A stretch of DNA of 53,532 nucleotides, counting the filler, from Jimgerdemannia flammicorona (taxonomy: Eukaryota), in the NCBI GenBank assembly GCA_003990765.1. It is 2 parts of 2 records of this genome, joined end to end, with 100 filler letters (N's around TTAATTAATTAA, not from the genome) between each part and the next. Parts side by side here need not be neighbours in the genome. Positions count along the whole stretch, not along the records: positions 26,819 to 53,532 come from RBNJ01000701.1; 1 more part is not named here. The stretch is one strand, 5' to 3'. The translations under genes and the position numbers were made by a program. Positions 38,758-51,738 of the stretch are shown here, piece after piece. The notes beneath the pieces were generated by a model that worked only from the letters and a program-made list of their open reading frames with translations, had not been told where the DNA came from and made no database searches. Position 1 is the first letter of the stretch. Every line of letters begins with the position of its first letter.

Positions 38758-39739
38758 ATAGCGCAGCGATGCAATATCAAAGCTTTGGGGTGGATATACA
38801 ATAAAGTCAACGCGCAAACCAATATGAAAAAACATGGGCATAACACACACAATAGGTCAAAGGACATAAAAGCTAAACAAAAATGGAAATAGGATTGAAT
38901 GACCCGCTTGTACCAATGTTCCCAAATTATATCCGCCCGAAGCAATGAACGCGAACGCATGCCTTCGTTCGTCGTTGGACCTGAAAAATCGCCAGAATGG
39001 CAAGTTGTCGCTCACATGCAAATCGCCCACTGGCAAGTCACCAGGTAAGGTCGGTCCATGATGTTTATGGTTGCAAATGTGATTGTGATGGAGTGGGAAA
39101 AGAACGGGGGTTGACATTCGGGTAGACGTATTGTGTCGATTTAGCAAAATGGGAATGGACAGAATTTCGGTTTTAGGAAATGCTTTTTGAGCGATTTGAA
39201 TTTGCTCGTTTCTCACTCGGACACGTTACAAGTATAATAATCCTAATTTTATTTTTCCTTATTTATTTTTATGACCGCTACCTAAAACTGAAAATTAGAC
39301 CTGATGAACGGCCGCTTCATATCCAAAACAATTTCGAATATACCTGAGTAATTGGGAAGTAATATGTGTATATTTCAATTTTATTTTATTTGTATAGACA
39401 ATACTTACTGCTACTAAGAACATACATGAAACTTCTAAAGCATTACTGTAAGATGATACCATTATACAGTATAACTTCAGCCTTAGATCTATGCACCAAC
39501 ATGCATTATTTCTATTATAAAAAATATGCAAAATTCTTAATTGATGAGTGGAAGAATCAGCTGGAATATTCTCAGAAAGAGAGTATAAATCTGTTAATAC
39601 TGTCATTATATTTCCAAATATCTTATAATGTCAATAATTTCATAAACTCAAACTATGAGAGGAAACAGCACATCAATGTAGATAATAAGCTTAAATAGTA
39701 GACATTATTATTGTTGTTGTTGTTATATTTTTTGATTAG

Positions 39740-42700
39740 TACTACATATTGATAAAGACTATAAGCTAATAGCTTTCTTAATTATACTGACTTCCTCTAT
39801 CTACTTGATCTTCACTCTAAGCTATTCTCAATATACTGATAGAATTGATCTTACTTTTAGATAAATTGGCTTAGTATTTTCTATATTAAATAATATTAAA
39901 AAAAAAAATACTATAATACTATTATAATATTAAGAATATTCTTAAATTTATAAAGTAGCTTTTTGAGTTCCTTCTTAAGTAGAAATTCATTTTCAATAAT
40001 ATGTATAGCTATACTTATTACTAGTTGTCTCTTTTTTATAATCTAATTTAATAATCTTAATACTAATAAAGTCTCTTCTTTATATAGATCTAAATTCTTT
40101 CTTTTCTCTCTTCATTTATTTCAGCTTCTTAACTTTTATAATCTTAGATTATAATACTGAAAAAACTAATATTTATATCAGTCAATTCTTCTTCTTAACT
40201 ATAAAAGAGATTATGGTATAGTTTTTAATAATAAGTAAAATTTCTCTAATATAATCTAAATCAATAACTTCTTCTTCAATAGAGATTTTGCTCTTAGCTA
40301 GACTACTCTTTGTCTTGAGAATTCTGATATAGTTCTTTAGAATGATCATTTTAGACTAGTTATAAGTAGGGTTATTCTCTAAAGTTCAAGAACTATCTCT
40401 ATAACTATGATAATATCTATTCTAGTAATATTTTTCAATCTATATTCTGGTAAGACTTTATCTGAATAGATTCTCTGAATTTTAATCTTATTTCTTTTTC
40501 ATTATTATTATCTTTCAAAAGAGCTAGTAATTCACCCTCTTAGTTTTTTACTTCTATCTTTATATCTTCTTTAGAAACTTTCTTCTTTTCTTAGCAATTG
40601 ATCTTCTTGGTCTTAATGGTATATTGATAGTAATCATCAATATACTTAATATAGTATATTTGAATTTCATATAAGCAGATTACTTAAGAAGTATATTCTT
40701 TAGCAATCTTATTATATTAATTTTCTTTATTAATTATTTAATATTTTTCTTCTTCTTTTAAGTAATTACTATATAAACTTCATTATATTATTTACTGGCT
40801 TCTTTCTCTATTTCAGAAAATACTTTTTTATTAATATTAATTAAGATTTATATCTTCTATTCTTAGTAGACAATTTACATTCTCTATACATTTATGTCAA
40901 TTATTATTCTAGTCTTATGAAGTCACTTATTGCTGATCAGGATATTATAGTTAGTAGTATTGGTAATAATTATATTTATTAAAATGGTTACTCTTTTAAA
41001 CTAAATAGAGATAATTTGAATTTTTTTCAAAAATACAGCTCTAATACTATTAGCTATAATAAATATAAGTTTTGTAGCTTCTTTGATTTCTCAACCTAAG
41101 TAGTCTATTGCTTTCTTACTGAGAAGATATTCTTTAGCTCTTGTATCAATAATAGCTTCAAAGATCCTATCTTTAATTTGGTAGAAGATATAGATAGAGA
41201 TCTTGTAATTATCTTCACTCTCTTTACCAGAGTCTTTTTAAGCATTATTGGCTTCTACTATCTTCCAGTCTAGGTCTCTAATAGTTTCAGCCAGTACTAG
41301 TTTTATTTGCTATCTAAAGATAAATATTTCTACCAACTGTTTAAAGATTATATTAACTTTTATTAACTTAAATTCTTGAAGACATTATACTTAAAAGTCT
41401 TACTCTTATGTAGCTTTCTTTCTTTTTCTCCTTTTAAGCTTTATACATATCTGGATTTATTTCTTAGCTATAGTTCTACTTTTTATAACTATCTCTAGTT
41501 GTCCTTCTACATATAAGTCTTTTAACAGAATTCTTCTTGGATCTTCCTGGTAATCTCTTATAGAGTTTCTTGTAGATATTTTTTTTAGATATCTGAGTAA
41601 GATAAACTTTCTATTTTTATTCTTTATCTGATTATTCACTACTCTTATAGGTGATAATGTTGATCTATTTCTAATTTCTTATAGTATTATTTAACTAGAT
41701 CTTATATTTGATCTCATATATATATTTATAAAAGTAGAAATCTTTTTCTTTATAGATATAGTAGATATATATCTCTCTTTTTATCTGAGATAGTAGCAAA
41801 CTTCTAAACTAGAGTGTGATCTCTTTCTCAGATTTTCTTTACTATATCTTCTAGATATATAGTTATTTTAGTAAACTTCTTAGCAAGTTCTCCATAGAAT
41901 TACTATTTCTTTACTATTTTATAGTTTTGAACTAGAGTATATTTCAATTGATTAGAGTAGTGAGAATTATACTAGTTATCTTAGATACTTTAATTTTAAC
42001 TTCTATAATTTTCTCTATTATATAGTCTTGAAAGTATCAGACTTTCTAATATTGCTAGATATATATAAGTCATTTTCTATTACAAATTAAGAGCTATTAG
42101 TAATAATTAGATAATAAGAACTATTTTAAAATAAACTTTCTTCATAAAGGTCATTTTAGCTATTTGATCTCTAATAGCATTAGTATAATTAGCTAAGATT
42201 ATCTGATAGCAGATTTAGATAAAAAGATATTTGGGTCTTTATTTATTTCTTAGTAAGTTATATTGAGTTGATTCTTCAGATTCTACTTGATTTTATCTAT
42301 ATAGTATAATATACTGACTTAATAGAGACAAATTATAAGATTGGAGCAACTATGTAGATTGGCTTGAAACTCTAGTTACTTTGTCAAAAAGTAATAAAAT
42401 ATTCAAAAATAGATACAAGTTTTATTATTTATATAATATGAATAATTTTAGTAATTTTCTATTTAAGTATAGATTTAGCAAACTTCTTAAATAGTACAGT
42501 TTCTATATAATGAGACAAATTTAGTAAATTTTCTGAATAATACAGATTCAGTAGACTTCTTTTCAATAAATAAAGTTATATCAGTTGACTGTTTTATTCA
42601 TATAAACAAGTTTACTGCAAAGGTATATCTAACTGACTAGCTTAGTTATATCAAAATATGGTAGACTTCTTATATTAAAAAGTAGACCAGAGTGGAAAGA

Positions 42701-43116
42701 AAGCTCACAACTTCTTAATAGTAGCTTATTAGCAGGAGTTCTCCTCCTAAGTATACTAGACTATTAACTTTTACTTTTTGAACTTTTCAGACTAAGGTTT
42801 ATTCACTCTTATCACTGGGGTATTTTATATAAGTGTGGTTGCTATCTGGTCGCTATCTGGATAATTATAGAATATATAATAATACTGATTTAGACAGGTA
42901 TGACCTGCTGTTCATAAGTGAGAATATCATTTCAGAGTATGAACAGTATTCTAGAGTATGAACAGTATTCCAGAGTGTTAACAGTGTTCCAGAGTATGAA
43001 CAGTGTTCTAGAGTGAGAATGGTGTTTTCCTAATTTAGTATGTCAGGCTATTTATGTTATTGGTAGTGCAAGGGGTAACTATGTGGGGTAACTATGCTAA
43101 GTGTTCTGTTTGTACA
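39740..43116 (-). mobile_element. Severely eroded Ty3/Gypsy relic (putative LTR ~42353-43116, gag, protease, RT start)
   Basis: EAIIDTRA (DTGA-like) near 41140; KPIYLK / IIKKA.S RT-start remnants at ~39760-39880; TG...CA ends followed by decayed PBS tagttgctcc. Confidence 0.65.
42932..43015. repeat. ~20-bp tandem repeat (cagagtatgaacagtattc) x4 within the putative LTR
   Basis: Directly visible. Confidence 0.85.
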
Positions 43117-43599
43117 TTATCTAGCTATATTATAATGTTCGCTCGTCACACTATCCTTGATGAAAAACAATCCATTTGTATATCACGAACATCTTTACCT
43201 ACTGGCATTTGGTCTGCCAGTCCAATTTGTAATTTTTCGCATGTGTGTCTTGAACATGAAATAAATGAATCACAGTGTTGAGTTATAAGAGCGGGAGTCA
43301 AGACGAGGGATAGTGCGACGAACGGGACGTTTGTCAGCTTTGTCAACTTCAATATTTCTAACACAGTGGCACAAGCCAAAAAGACATGCCATTGCCCGTC
43401 GATTATGCGCATACAAACAACGTCATTGATGCGATACCAGGGCAACGTTGTGAAGACGATATGGTAACTTGATGGCCAGGAAGGTTTCGACGCAAAAGAT
43501 ATTTTATTAATGCGAAATATATATAAACAATTTTGGATTTATTATGAAGAGCCATCAGATACTATCATATCGAGTATATTATTTTCTCGTCGAAGGCGT

Positions 43600-44152
43600 C
43601 ATCATTTGGCTTTAGTATTCCCAAAATCCATCTGCGCTACACACGACCATACCCATTACTGGCCACTTCTACAGATTGTCGATCATTGGCACGTTCTAGG
43701 TGTGACGGCTGCCCTTCGGCACAGCACCGGATGCTGCTCCAGGCAAGAGTCACAGGGTGTCACCTAGCAGTCTACGATGTAACCCATAGAGTTGTGCAAA
43801 CGCTTCGAGACCATCAGTTTCGCACCCGTATTTGTTCTTGTGCATTGGAATCTCATTTGGGTGGAAATCATCATTTGGCGTTTACTTACGTTTGTCTGCA
43901 TCAATCTGCGCTACACACAACCATACCCATTGTTGGTCACTACTACAGATCGTCTATCATTGGCACGTTCTAGGTGTGACGGCTGCCCTTCGGCACAGCA
44001 CCGGATGCTGCTCCAGGCAAGAGTCACAGGGCGTCACCTAGCAGCCTACGATGTGACCCATAGAGTTGTGCAAACGCTCCAAGACCATCAGCTTCGCACC
44101 CCGCTTTTGTTCTTGAGCATTGAGAGCTGGTTTGGGGGGGAATAATCATTTG
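43600..44152. repeat. Tandem duplication, ~270-bp unit x2, with an identical 76-bp core
   Basis: 43682-43757 is identical to 43956-44031; flanks are diverged. Confidence 0.95.
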
Positions 44153-44189
44153 ACATATCGTACGTTCTTGACTAGCCTTGACGGGTCTT

Positions 44190-44720
44190 GATGAGGGGAT
44201 GGTCAGGGCCAGGCGAGGTTCGGATAATCTAGACGGACGTCGGAGGATGGACACGACAAATGATGAATGTTGGAACGATGGAGGATGACAGACATGTTCT
44301 CCGCAAAAAGCAAGAAAAATGTTACCTTGAATAGCCGCTGGTTGAATAATGAAAAGGTCCTTTGCAATAGCTGGCCTTTGGTTGCTCGGCGACATCGAGC
44401 CACAAACGAGGCAAGGGCTGGGTAATCTAGACTACTCTTGCGAGGATGTCAGCCAGGGCTAGGCTGAGAATCGGACAGTCTAGATGAATGTTGGGGAATG
44501 GACAATATGAATGATGGATAATGAACAATGAAACGATAAACGAATATGGATGTTGGATAGATCCCTCAGAATGTGCTCTCGAATGCAGAGGTCGATATTA
44601 AGTCAAAAGAAAGGTCCTTCGCAATAGCTGGCCTTTGGTTACTCGGCGACGTCGAACCACGAACGAGGCAAAGACTGGGGAATCGTGACGAGTTTTGGCG
44701 AGGGTGTTAGCCCGGCCAGG
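44190..44720. repeat. Second diverged tandem duplication (~260-bp unit)
   Basis: aaaggtcctt(t/c)gcaatagctggcctttggtt(g/a)ctcggcgac at ~44353 and ~44610. Confidence 0.85.
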
Positions 44721-44749
44721 TTCAACTGGGATCTAGGGTGAGTTTGTGA

Positions 44750-45030
44750 AAGAGCGTTCGACAGAGGAGGCGTCCGACGGAGACGTTCGACGGAGGAGGC
44801 GTTCGAGGAGAGTTTTCGAGTTCGAGTTCGAAGGGTTAGATTTAATACGCTTGTAGAAGGCAAGAAAGGCTTTCGAATGCGAAAAATGTGGAAGTGTGGA
44901 ATGAAGAATACTTTGTGTGGAAGGTAGAATACTTTGAGCGGACGAAGGATGGAAGGAAGAATACTTTGAGCGGACGAAGGGCGGAAGGAAGAATACTTAC
45001 GATGTGGAGTGGTGGAAGGACGATGTATTT
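44750..45030. repeat. Short minisatellites (ggcgttcgacgga-like; 32-bp gaatactttgagcggacgaagg unit)
   Basis: Directly visible. Confidence 0.8.
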
Positions 45031-46410
45031 GCGGGGGCGAGCACATGTGTGTGCGTGTAATGAAACCATCACGTCATACTGGATACCCCACGCTGCGTAT
45101 ATTAGCTTCCAGTCAAATTCCTGCATGAAAGGGCGTTTTACTTGCGCCGATAGCGCTTACCCGATCCGCTCCGTCTTAAATATAATATAATATAATATAA
45201 TAAAAGTAGCAAGGGTGGGAAACCCGAAAAACATGCATAGGGGCAGGATCTGTATAATATGTATTTTTAAACGCCCGACACGATGGCTTAGAGCCAAGTG
45301 GCTTTCCATCTTCAGAATCTTCCGGCGTAAGTTGAATAATATCTCAGTCATTTCTCTGAGCCCCCTTTTGTCATTCCACTTCCCCTTTATTCCATTTTTT
45401 TTTTTTAATATATATTTTCAAATTCTACACATTCCCGGACCTTCCTAACTCACAAATATCAGCATGCGCTCAAAGTCCTTGGCTGTCGGCGCCAGCCGGC
45501 CGAGAACGTAGGTGGGTCTCCTGTTTTTGCACGTTGGCCAGTCGATGAGCGTGACGAGTCAAAGTTGAGGTTGTCGGAGGTCGTCAAAATTGATTTATAT
45601 AGGGTTAATCGACAGATATATTTTCGCCAGGTCCTTCCTCACAGACGCCTCGATACCACGGCCATCCCCAACAATCAAGCGATAAAAATAAAAAAAATCC
45701 CATGACAGATGACGGATATTCTCAGAAGACGACAGCGATTAAGCGCAGCATGGTAATGAACGATGAATAAGAGCAGAATGATAACAACGCTCTTCAGGGT
45801 CAACCTAGAAGACCAACCACTGCAAAGTACTCACGAAGCGATTTCAACGGTTGTCAGCACAGGGGTCTCTTTGGTGTGTCAATTTCGTTGGTGGGAATCG
45901 AATTACAGGAGCGGGGATTGGTAGTTGAAGTCGGCAAGAATCTCGTTGAGCGGATATCAGCTGACGGCCGGAATGTGATATGGAATAACCATCAATATAG
46001 TTGGGATAAAAATATAAAAGTTAAAGCATCTGAATTACTAGCTAGAGATCTTACAGATATGGTTATAATAATTAATCCAGATGTGGAGAAGAATCCTGTG
46101 GGCTATCTGACTATCAATTCTGCTATCTAACTAGCTGTAATAAAACTATATGCTGATAGAATTAATATTTTGCAGATAGTCAATGGTGACTATCAGCCCT
46201 AAGTTCTGAGTTCTTGAGGAAGTACTAAGTTCCAAAGTGCCTATAGTGTAGGTCTTGTCCAAGTATCACTTTCAATAGAGTGTTAGAAAAATACCATACT
46301 TGTATCCCAAGTTGATCAGGCTTAGAATTATTAACAAGTCAGGTCTGGAGGTTCTTGGGTAAGAATACTGGTTTATTCTTGAGAGAGGAAAGTGGAGCTG
46401 AGGTTACAAC

Positions 46411-46704
46411 TAGTGCTCTGCAACTCAAGCTGACCTGTATATACATTTAATCTAATTTGAAATTATATATAATCCATCTTTAACTCAATCTAGAAATATA
46501 TATCACCCATCTTTAATCTGATATAGAATAAGATATCACTTGTCTTTAATCCAACTTAGAAATATATATCACTCATCTTTAATCTGATCTGGAATTATAT
46601 ATTACCCATCTTTAATCTGACCTAAGAAAAAAATATGACCCAACTCTGATCTATATTTAATATGACCCAGACTCATATTTAATCTGCCTTTAAGCTATAA
46701 GATA

Positions 46705-46778
<74 letters not shown>

Positions 46779-47543
46779 ATATCTAAGATATATTTAGAAT
46801 AAATAAACAGAAATATAGTTAGAAATCAGAAATTAAAATGAAATTGAAAATAAATAAGAAATAAATTAGAAAAATAAAGAACTTACTAGTATAAATATAT
46901 CTTACTCTTTATTACTATAAACTAACTAATCCTCCTCCTTCTTATATTCTGAATTATCTTCTATATTCTCTTTTATATATTTCTTATCATATTCTGAACT
47001 ACTTTCCTCTATATTCTTCTCCTCTATATTCTTCTCTGAGCTGACCTCCTCTGCACCAATCTCTCTATATTTCTTTATATAAATATCTATATATTCCTTT
47101 ATACTAATATTTATATATTTCTCTATACTAATCTTCCTCACACTAATCTCTCCACTAATACCAACCTCTTCTATCTCTCTATCTCTCTTACTATTATCCT
47201 TCTCTTTCTCAATATTAATTAAATATACTAGTCTACTATCTATTAGTTATATATATATAAAGTAGTTTGTCATTCTTTACTAGTATTTATCCATAATGAT
47301 AATTCTATCTGAATAACCCGACTTATTCTATACTTTAGTATTTATCTTAAAACCAGTATAGTATGATGAGTATTTTACAGTTTTTATATAGTTTTCTATT
47401 ATTCTTATAATTTCTTTTCTTAGTTGATCATCTTGTACTTTTTTTATATATTTATTAGCTATAGTGAGAGTATGCCAAATGTTCAAGTTATATGGTCTTT
47501 TTTCTATAAGATTTGGAGTATCTAGAAATTTGACTTAGTAATA

Positions 47544-47545
<2 letters not shown>
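46411..47545 (-). mobile_element. Second hAT-like relic (terminus, subterminal repeats, BED-finger remnant)
   Basis: tagtgctctg terminus at 46411; ~40-bp catctttaatctga repeats at 46440-46690; minus-strand TxNIWH-like remnant near 47480. Confidence 0.55.
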
Positions 47546-47546
<1 letters not shown>

Positions 47547-47582
<36 letters not shown>

Positions 47583-47606
47583 TTTTTTTGTTTAAGAAAT
47601 TTTTTT

Positions 47607-47656
<50 letters not shown>

Positions 47657-48096
47657 GACTCAGAGTCTTGCAGATTTTATTAGAAGAGAACCTAGATTAT
47701 ATAGACCAAAAATCTCTTCCACCACCTATCAAGCACTATCCCCCCATTAACCTAGACTAGCTTTTGTCTAGCAGCTTGACTATACTAGGTATAATAAGGC
47801 CTATAGTGGCCTGTACCTCATTCTACATACCATGCTCTCTCTACTACTAGGGAGAACTCAGCCATATGCTAATGACTGAAAGTGTATGTTCAAAACTCCA
47901 ACATATGTACAAGGCTATACTCAAGATAAATAGAATAGCCCCTACTACCTCAAAGAGAATAACAGGTAAAGAAAAAATCCTCATCAAAGTATATCATAGT
48001 GGATAGGGCCTAGTTCTCTCAGATGAGATAAGTAAAGAACTTACACATAAGGTAGGAGGAGATTCTCAATACCTCACTACTCAAGCCTACAGACCT
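47547..48096 (-). mobile_element. Non-autonomous poly(A) retroposon, copy E (3' half)
   Basis: Long poly-T, then colinear with 7120-7566; abuts the LTR end at 48097. Confidence 0.88.
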
Positions 48097-48776
48097 TGTA
48101 TAAGAGGGTTACTTTTTAGAGTAACTGTTACATAGTTCTGAAAGAGTTTTCTGGGAGTTCTGGGTTTTCTGGAAGACCATTTTCTTATGGTCAGAATCAA
48201 TTTCATATAGAGTATATCCTCTATGCTTATTGATTTCAAGTTTGGGTTGACATCTCAACCAAAGTCCTTTTTTGGACTAGTTTTGGATATTCAGGATTTT
48301 CCATATTTCAAGAAGTTTAAGAAACTAAGATCAGCTTAGTTGAATTGGCATATTACTACAGACAATACTCAATTATGAAATTTCATAATGGGGTTAGGAG
48401 TGGGACCTAACAGGAAGAGAATTTACTTAAAAGTAATTTGTGGGTTATTAAATAGGTTTATTTGCTATTTATGATATTACTATACTAGGAGTAGTTGTGT
48501 AAAGGGATATTGTGGGGAAGTGCTCAGGAGTTATGTTTGGATTGTTTAGGTCTAAGATTCTGAGGTCTGAGAGAGGGGATATTTATACTAGTGAGGGGCT
48601 ATCTGGACTATATTAAATATGGATATAGCACTAAGTGTCTTGCTGAGTCAGAATGCAGTCATGTAGTACAAGAGTGATCTAATATATCAAGGGATCATCT
48701 GACTGCTGAGTCAGTTTACAGTCACATCATATAAGGCTAATCTAACTATACTATGACTGCTAAGCTATCTATAGAT

Positions 48777-49388
48777 TTAGATACTATCTGGGTAGTCTTT
48801 GATGACATCACCATTGATGATATCGTCTCTGATGAAGTAGTTGTCTAGGAAGAGTGATTTGCAGATTACTTCTCCTTGTTCACTGAGATAGTAATATATT
48901 GGGACTTTATTGCCATCTTATAGGATAACATCATCTGTCTCATATGCTGGGTATAGAGTTGGTGGGTAAAGGAGTAGTATATCATCTTCACTTTCATTGG
49001 ATTCACTGTCTGCATATCTTCTATAGATTACAACACTATGAGTTGCAGGGTTATAGTAATCTAGTGGCTATGGTTCATGTCATTTGTACTCAAGTGGTAG
49101 AGTGGTTGGTTCAATCTTGAGGGTTGTCTGAAGATATAGGTTATATTCTCCAGTCTCTTCATTATAGTTGAAGTAATCAGAGATGAACACAGGTTGGTAT
49201 TTATACCAGTGATCATCATCCCAATAGGTCTCATAGGTAGTTATGAACTGTTGTAGGTTCATTGGAAGAGTTGGCAGTATGATCAGAGTTGGCAGAGATT
49301 CTTGGCTTGAGGTCATGTCAGTGTCAGAGAGATTATTGTCTTCTGCTTCATCTTCATCAAATCAAATTATATTGTAGACATCCTTCAT
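48777..49388 (-). pseudogene. LTR-internal ORF B (203 codons, acidic and Tyr-rich, unknown function)
   Basis: MKDVYNII...YETYWDDDHWYKY...IKDYPDSI*; includes ORF-track 49080-49316; four transition-type stops, no frameshift. Confidence 0.65.
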
Positions 49389-49873
49389 TATATATCTGAC
49401 TTGAGGCATTTGTAAAATATGGTCATCAGGGTGCAAGAAGGTTCTGTCTGTGGTCTGAAAATATTTGAGATACTTGTAATTGAGTTCTTATATCATGTAT
49501 TGATTTGGCCATAGGACAGAGTAGTAACCATTTTGCTAATAGTAACTTGGAGATGGGAAATAAAGGTGCTATACTTGTAGAAGAGTTCTCAATGTTTGCA
49601 AGCAATGAGCTTCTAGTGTTGAGATATCTGGATAATGTCTGTATCATGGTAGTGTTCAACTATATCTTCTAGGAGATGGCCAATCTGGTAGTAGCTTGAG
49701 ATTTGTCTGATCTGGTTGGCTTCACTAAGTATGTTCAGGGCATTCCATCAGGCTTCCACAAAGTAGAGAGGTACTAGACTATGGATATTCATGAGGGGCA
49801 GAGGGAGTGTGGCTCAGTTAACAATAGTATTCCAAATATCAGCATGGATGTAGTTGTAGATCTCAGTGGTCAT
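49388..49873 (-). pseudogene. LTR-internal ORF A (161 codons, unknown function)
   Basis: MTTEIYNYIHADIWNTIV...KCLKSDI*; no frameshift; internal stops are TGA/TAG revertible to CGA/TGG/CAG. Confidence 0.65.
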
Positions 49874-51738
49874 ATTTATATATATTCAGAAGTTGTGGTT
49901 GTTGTTTGTTTTGGTTCTCTATTTCAACATATCTCAGTGCTCAGTATATATATATATGGTCCTGATTGGTAAGATTCTGTTTGTGTAAATCTTGTATTTC
50001 ATGACTTTGTATTGACTCAGCTTTGTGTGCTGTGACTTTAGTTTGACTCAGCTTCATAATTATGTAGGTGATTTCCAGATTTGTTCAGAGGTCATATGTG
50101 ATTTCGGTGGCTTGTTCAGAGGGTGACATGTGATTTCAGTGGCTTGTTCAGAGGGTGATGTGTGATTTCAGTGACTTAGAGGTTGTGTACTTACAACTCT
50201 CCCCTTTTTAGCTTTCGACATCCTCATCAGGGGCCTTCTAATTTTGTTCTAGTATTGTTACACTATTTGGAAGGTCAAAAGTCCAGTGAAGTCCATTTTT
50301 CTCAGAAAATGGCATACTTGTAGTACAGTTGCCTAACACATTGGATTTACATATTAAAGAGTCATGTGTTTAATGCCATGCACCAGAAGTGATTCTGACA
50401 TCATTCATTGCTGGAGAATTTTCTCTAAGAAATCTTCTTAAATGTCTATGCCTCATTTCCCACCAGTGGTACAGGGAGAATAGGCTTGCTTTCAGTTTTG
50501 CTATTTTTCCAGAGGGTTGGTATTCTTTTATCTTGACTTGCTGAGTTCTTGATTTTATTCATGATAATTATAACATTCAGGAGAGTAATATATAGTATGT
50601 ACTGATAGGTATCAGATATTCATTTTTAGTTGTTCAAGGAATCATATTCCTGAACTAAGTCAATGGTATTCTGGATATTGGTCTTGGGTTCCTATGTTAC
50701 ATCATAGATTGAGTAACCTTTCCATTTGACAAGATACTCAGGGCAATTCTTGTGGCCATGTTTGTTGAGGATTTGTTCAACTTCATACTCTTCTTGGTCA
50801 TTAATTATGACAGGTGTAGGTGGTTCTATGGTTTGGTTTGGGAATAGTTCATCACCATTTTCATTATATTACTTGAGACATTGAACATTAAAGACTAGAT
50901 AGACCTTAATGGTGTTTAGTAGCACCAATTTGTAGGAGGTTGGAGAGACTTGTGCAATGACTTCAAATGGTCCAATAAACTTGCTGTTCAGCTTTGTAGA
51001 TAGTCTGTGCTTGAGGTTGTCAACTCGATATCCTTGGATGTCCAGTAGAACTTTTTCTCCAATATCAAAGGTTTCTTCTTAGTGGTGTTGGTTAATATAC
51101 TGTAACTATTGTTCTTGAGCTCATGATAAATTCTCAATTGTGATCTGGCTTAGATTGCACATTTGGAGCAAGAATTCTTCAATAGCTTTGACTGTGGAGA
51201 ATTCATCAGTTGTTTGGATAAGTGTCAGAAGGGTGTTCAGGTTTCATTCTGTATTGGCAAAAAATGGAGTCATTCTAAGGGAGGCTTGCTTGCTGTTGTT
51301 ATAGACAAACTTGACTGCAGTGAGGTGTTCATATCAATCATCTTATCTGTAGAAAACATAGTTTCTTAGTCTTTATTCTAGAGTTCAGTTCATTCTTTCA
51401 GTTTGGCCATCAGTTTCAGAGTGAAAGGCTGTAGATAGTACAAGTTTTATTCCAAGGTATGCATAGAGAACTTTTCAAAAATAGCTGGTGAATTTTGGGT
51501 CTCAGTCACTAACAATAATTTTAGGAAGACTATGATAGCAGAAGATGTTGTCAAACAAGAGTGTGACTATATCTGGTGCTGTTGTAGTAGTAGTAGTTGG
51601 CATGAAGTGGGCTTGTTTGCTGAGATAATCTACAAAGACAACAATTGCATCTTTTCTATTCTTGGTTTGGGGTAGTTATATAATAAAGTCCATGGAGATT
51701 TGTTTTCAATTAGTGGATGGTACTGGGATAGAGTGGAG

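Larger units (their letters stand above)
48097..50195 (-). repeat. Putative 3' LTR of ~2.1 kb
   Basis: Begins TGTAAG right after the PPT; ends CTTATACA at the junction with copy E; no partner LTR in the window. Confidence 0.65.

Noticed and set aside
39295..39698. ORFs of 103 and 110 aa
   Set aside because: AT-rich, CpG-depleted sequence with no recognisable motif; probably decayed repeat.
42932..43015. CRISPR-like regular repeats (also 5160-5370, 46440-46690, 50080-50175)
   Set aside because: No unique spacers or cas genes; eukaryotic TE subterminal or LTR repeats.
43146..43460. Possible gene fragment (weak ankyrin-like PVDYA)
   Set aside because: Too short and weak to support a call.
43640..43660. 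5S rRNA-like acgaccatacc
   Set aside because: Similarity stops after ~11 nt; no internal A/C boxes.
43810..43880. C/D-box snoRNA-like ATGATGA...CTGA on the minus strand
   Set aside because: It lies in the most diverged part of the duplication, the second copy has a broken C box, and no rRNA guide match was recognised.
45480..46400. Scattered coding-like fragments
   Set aside because: No coherent exon chain or recognisable domain.
46926..47141. 71-aa Glu/Ile/Lys-rich ORF
   Set aside because: Low-complexity eroded sequence within a TE relic.
50213..50230. Hammerhead-like CTGATGAG...GAAA on the minus strand
   Set aside because: No flanking stems. It is the CpG-decayed Gypsy pre-PPT motif (cgacgaggacgtcg), also seen decayed at ~17040 and ~18160.
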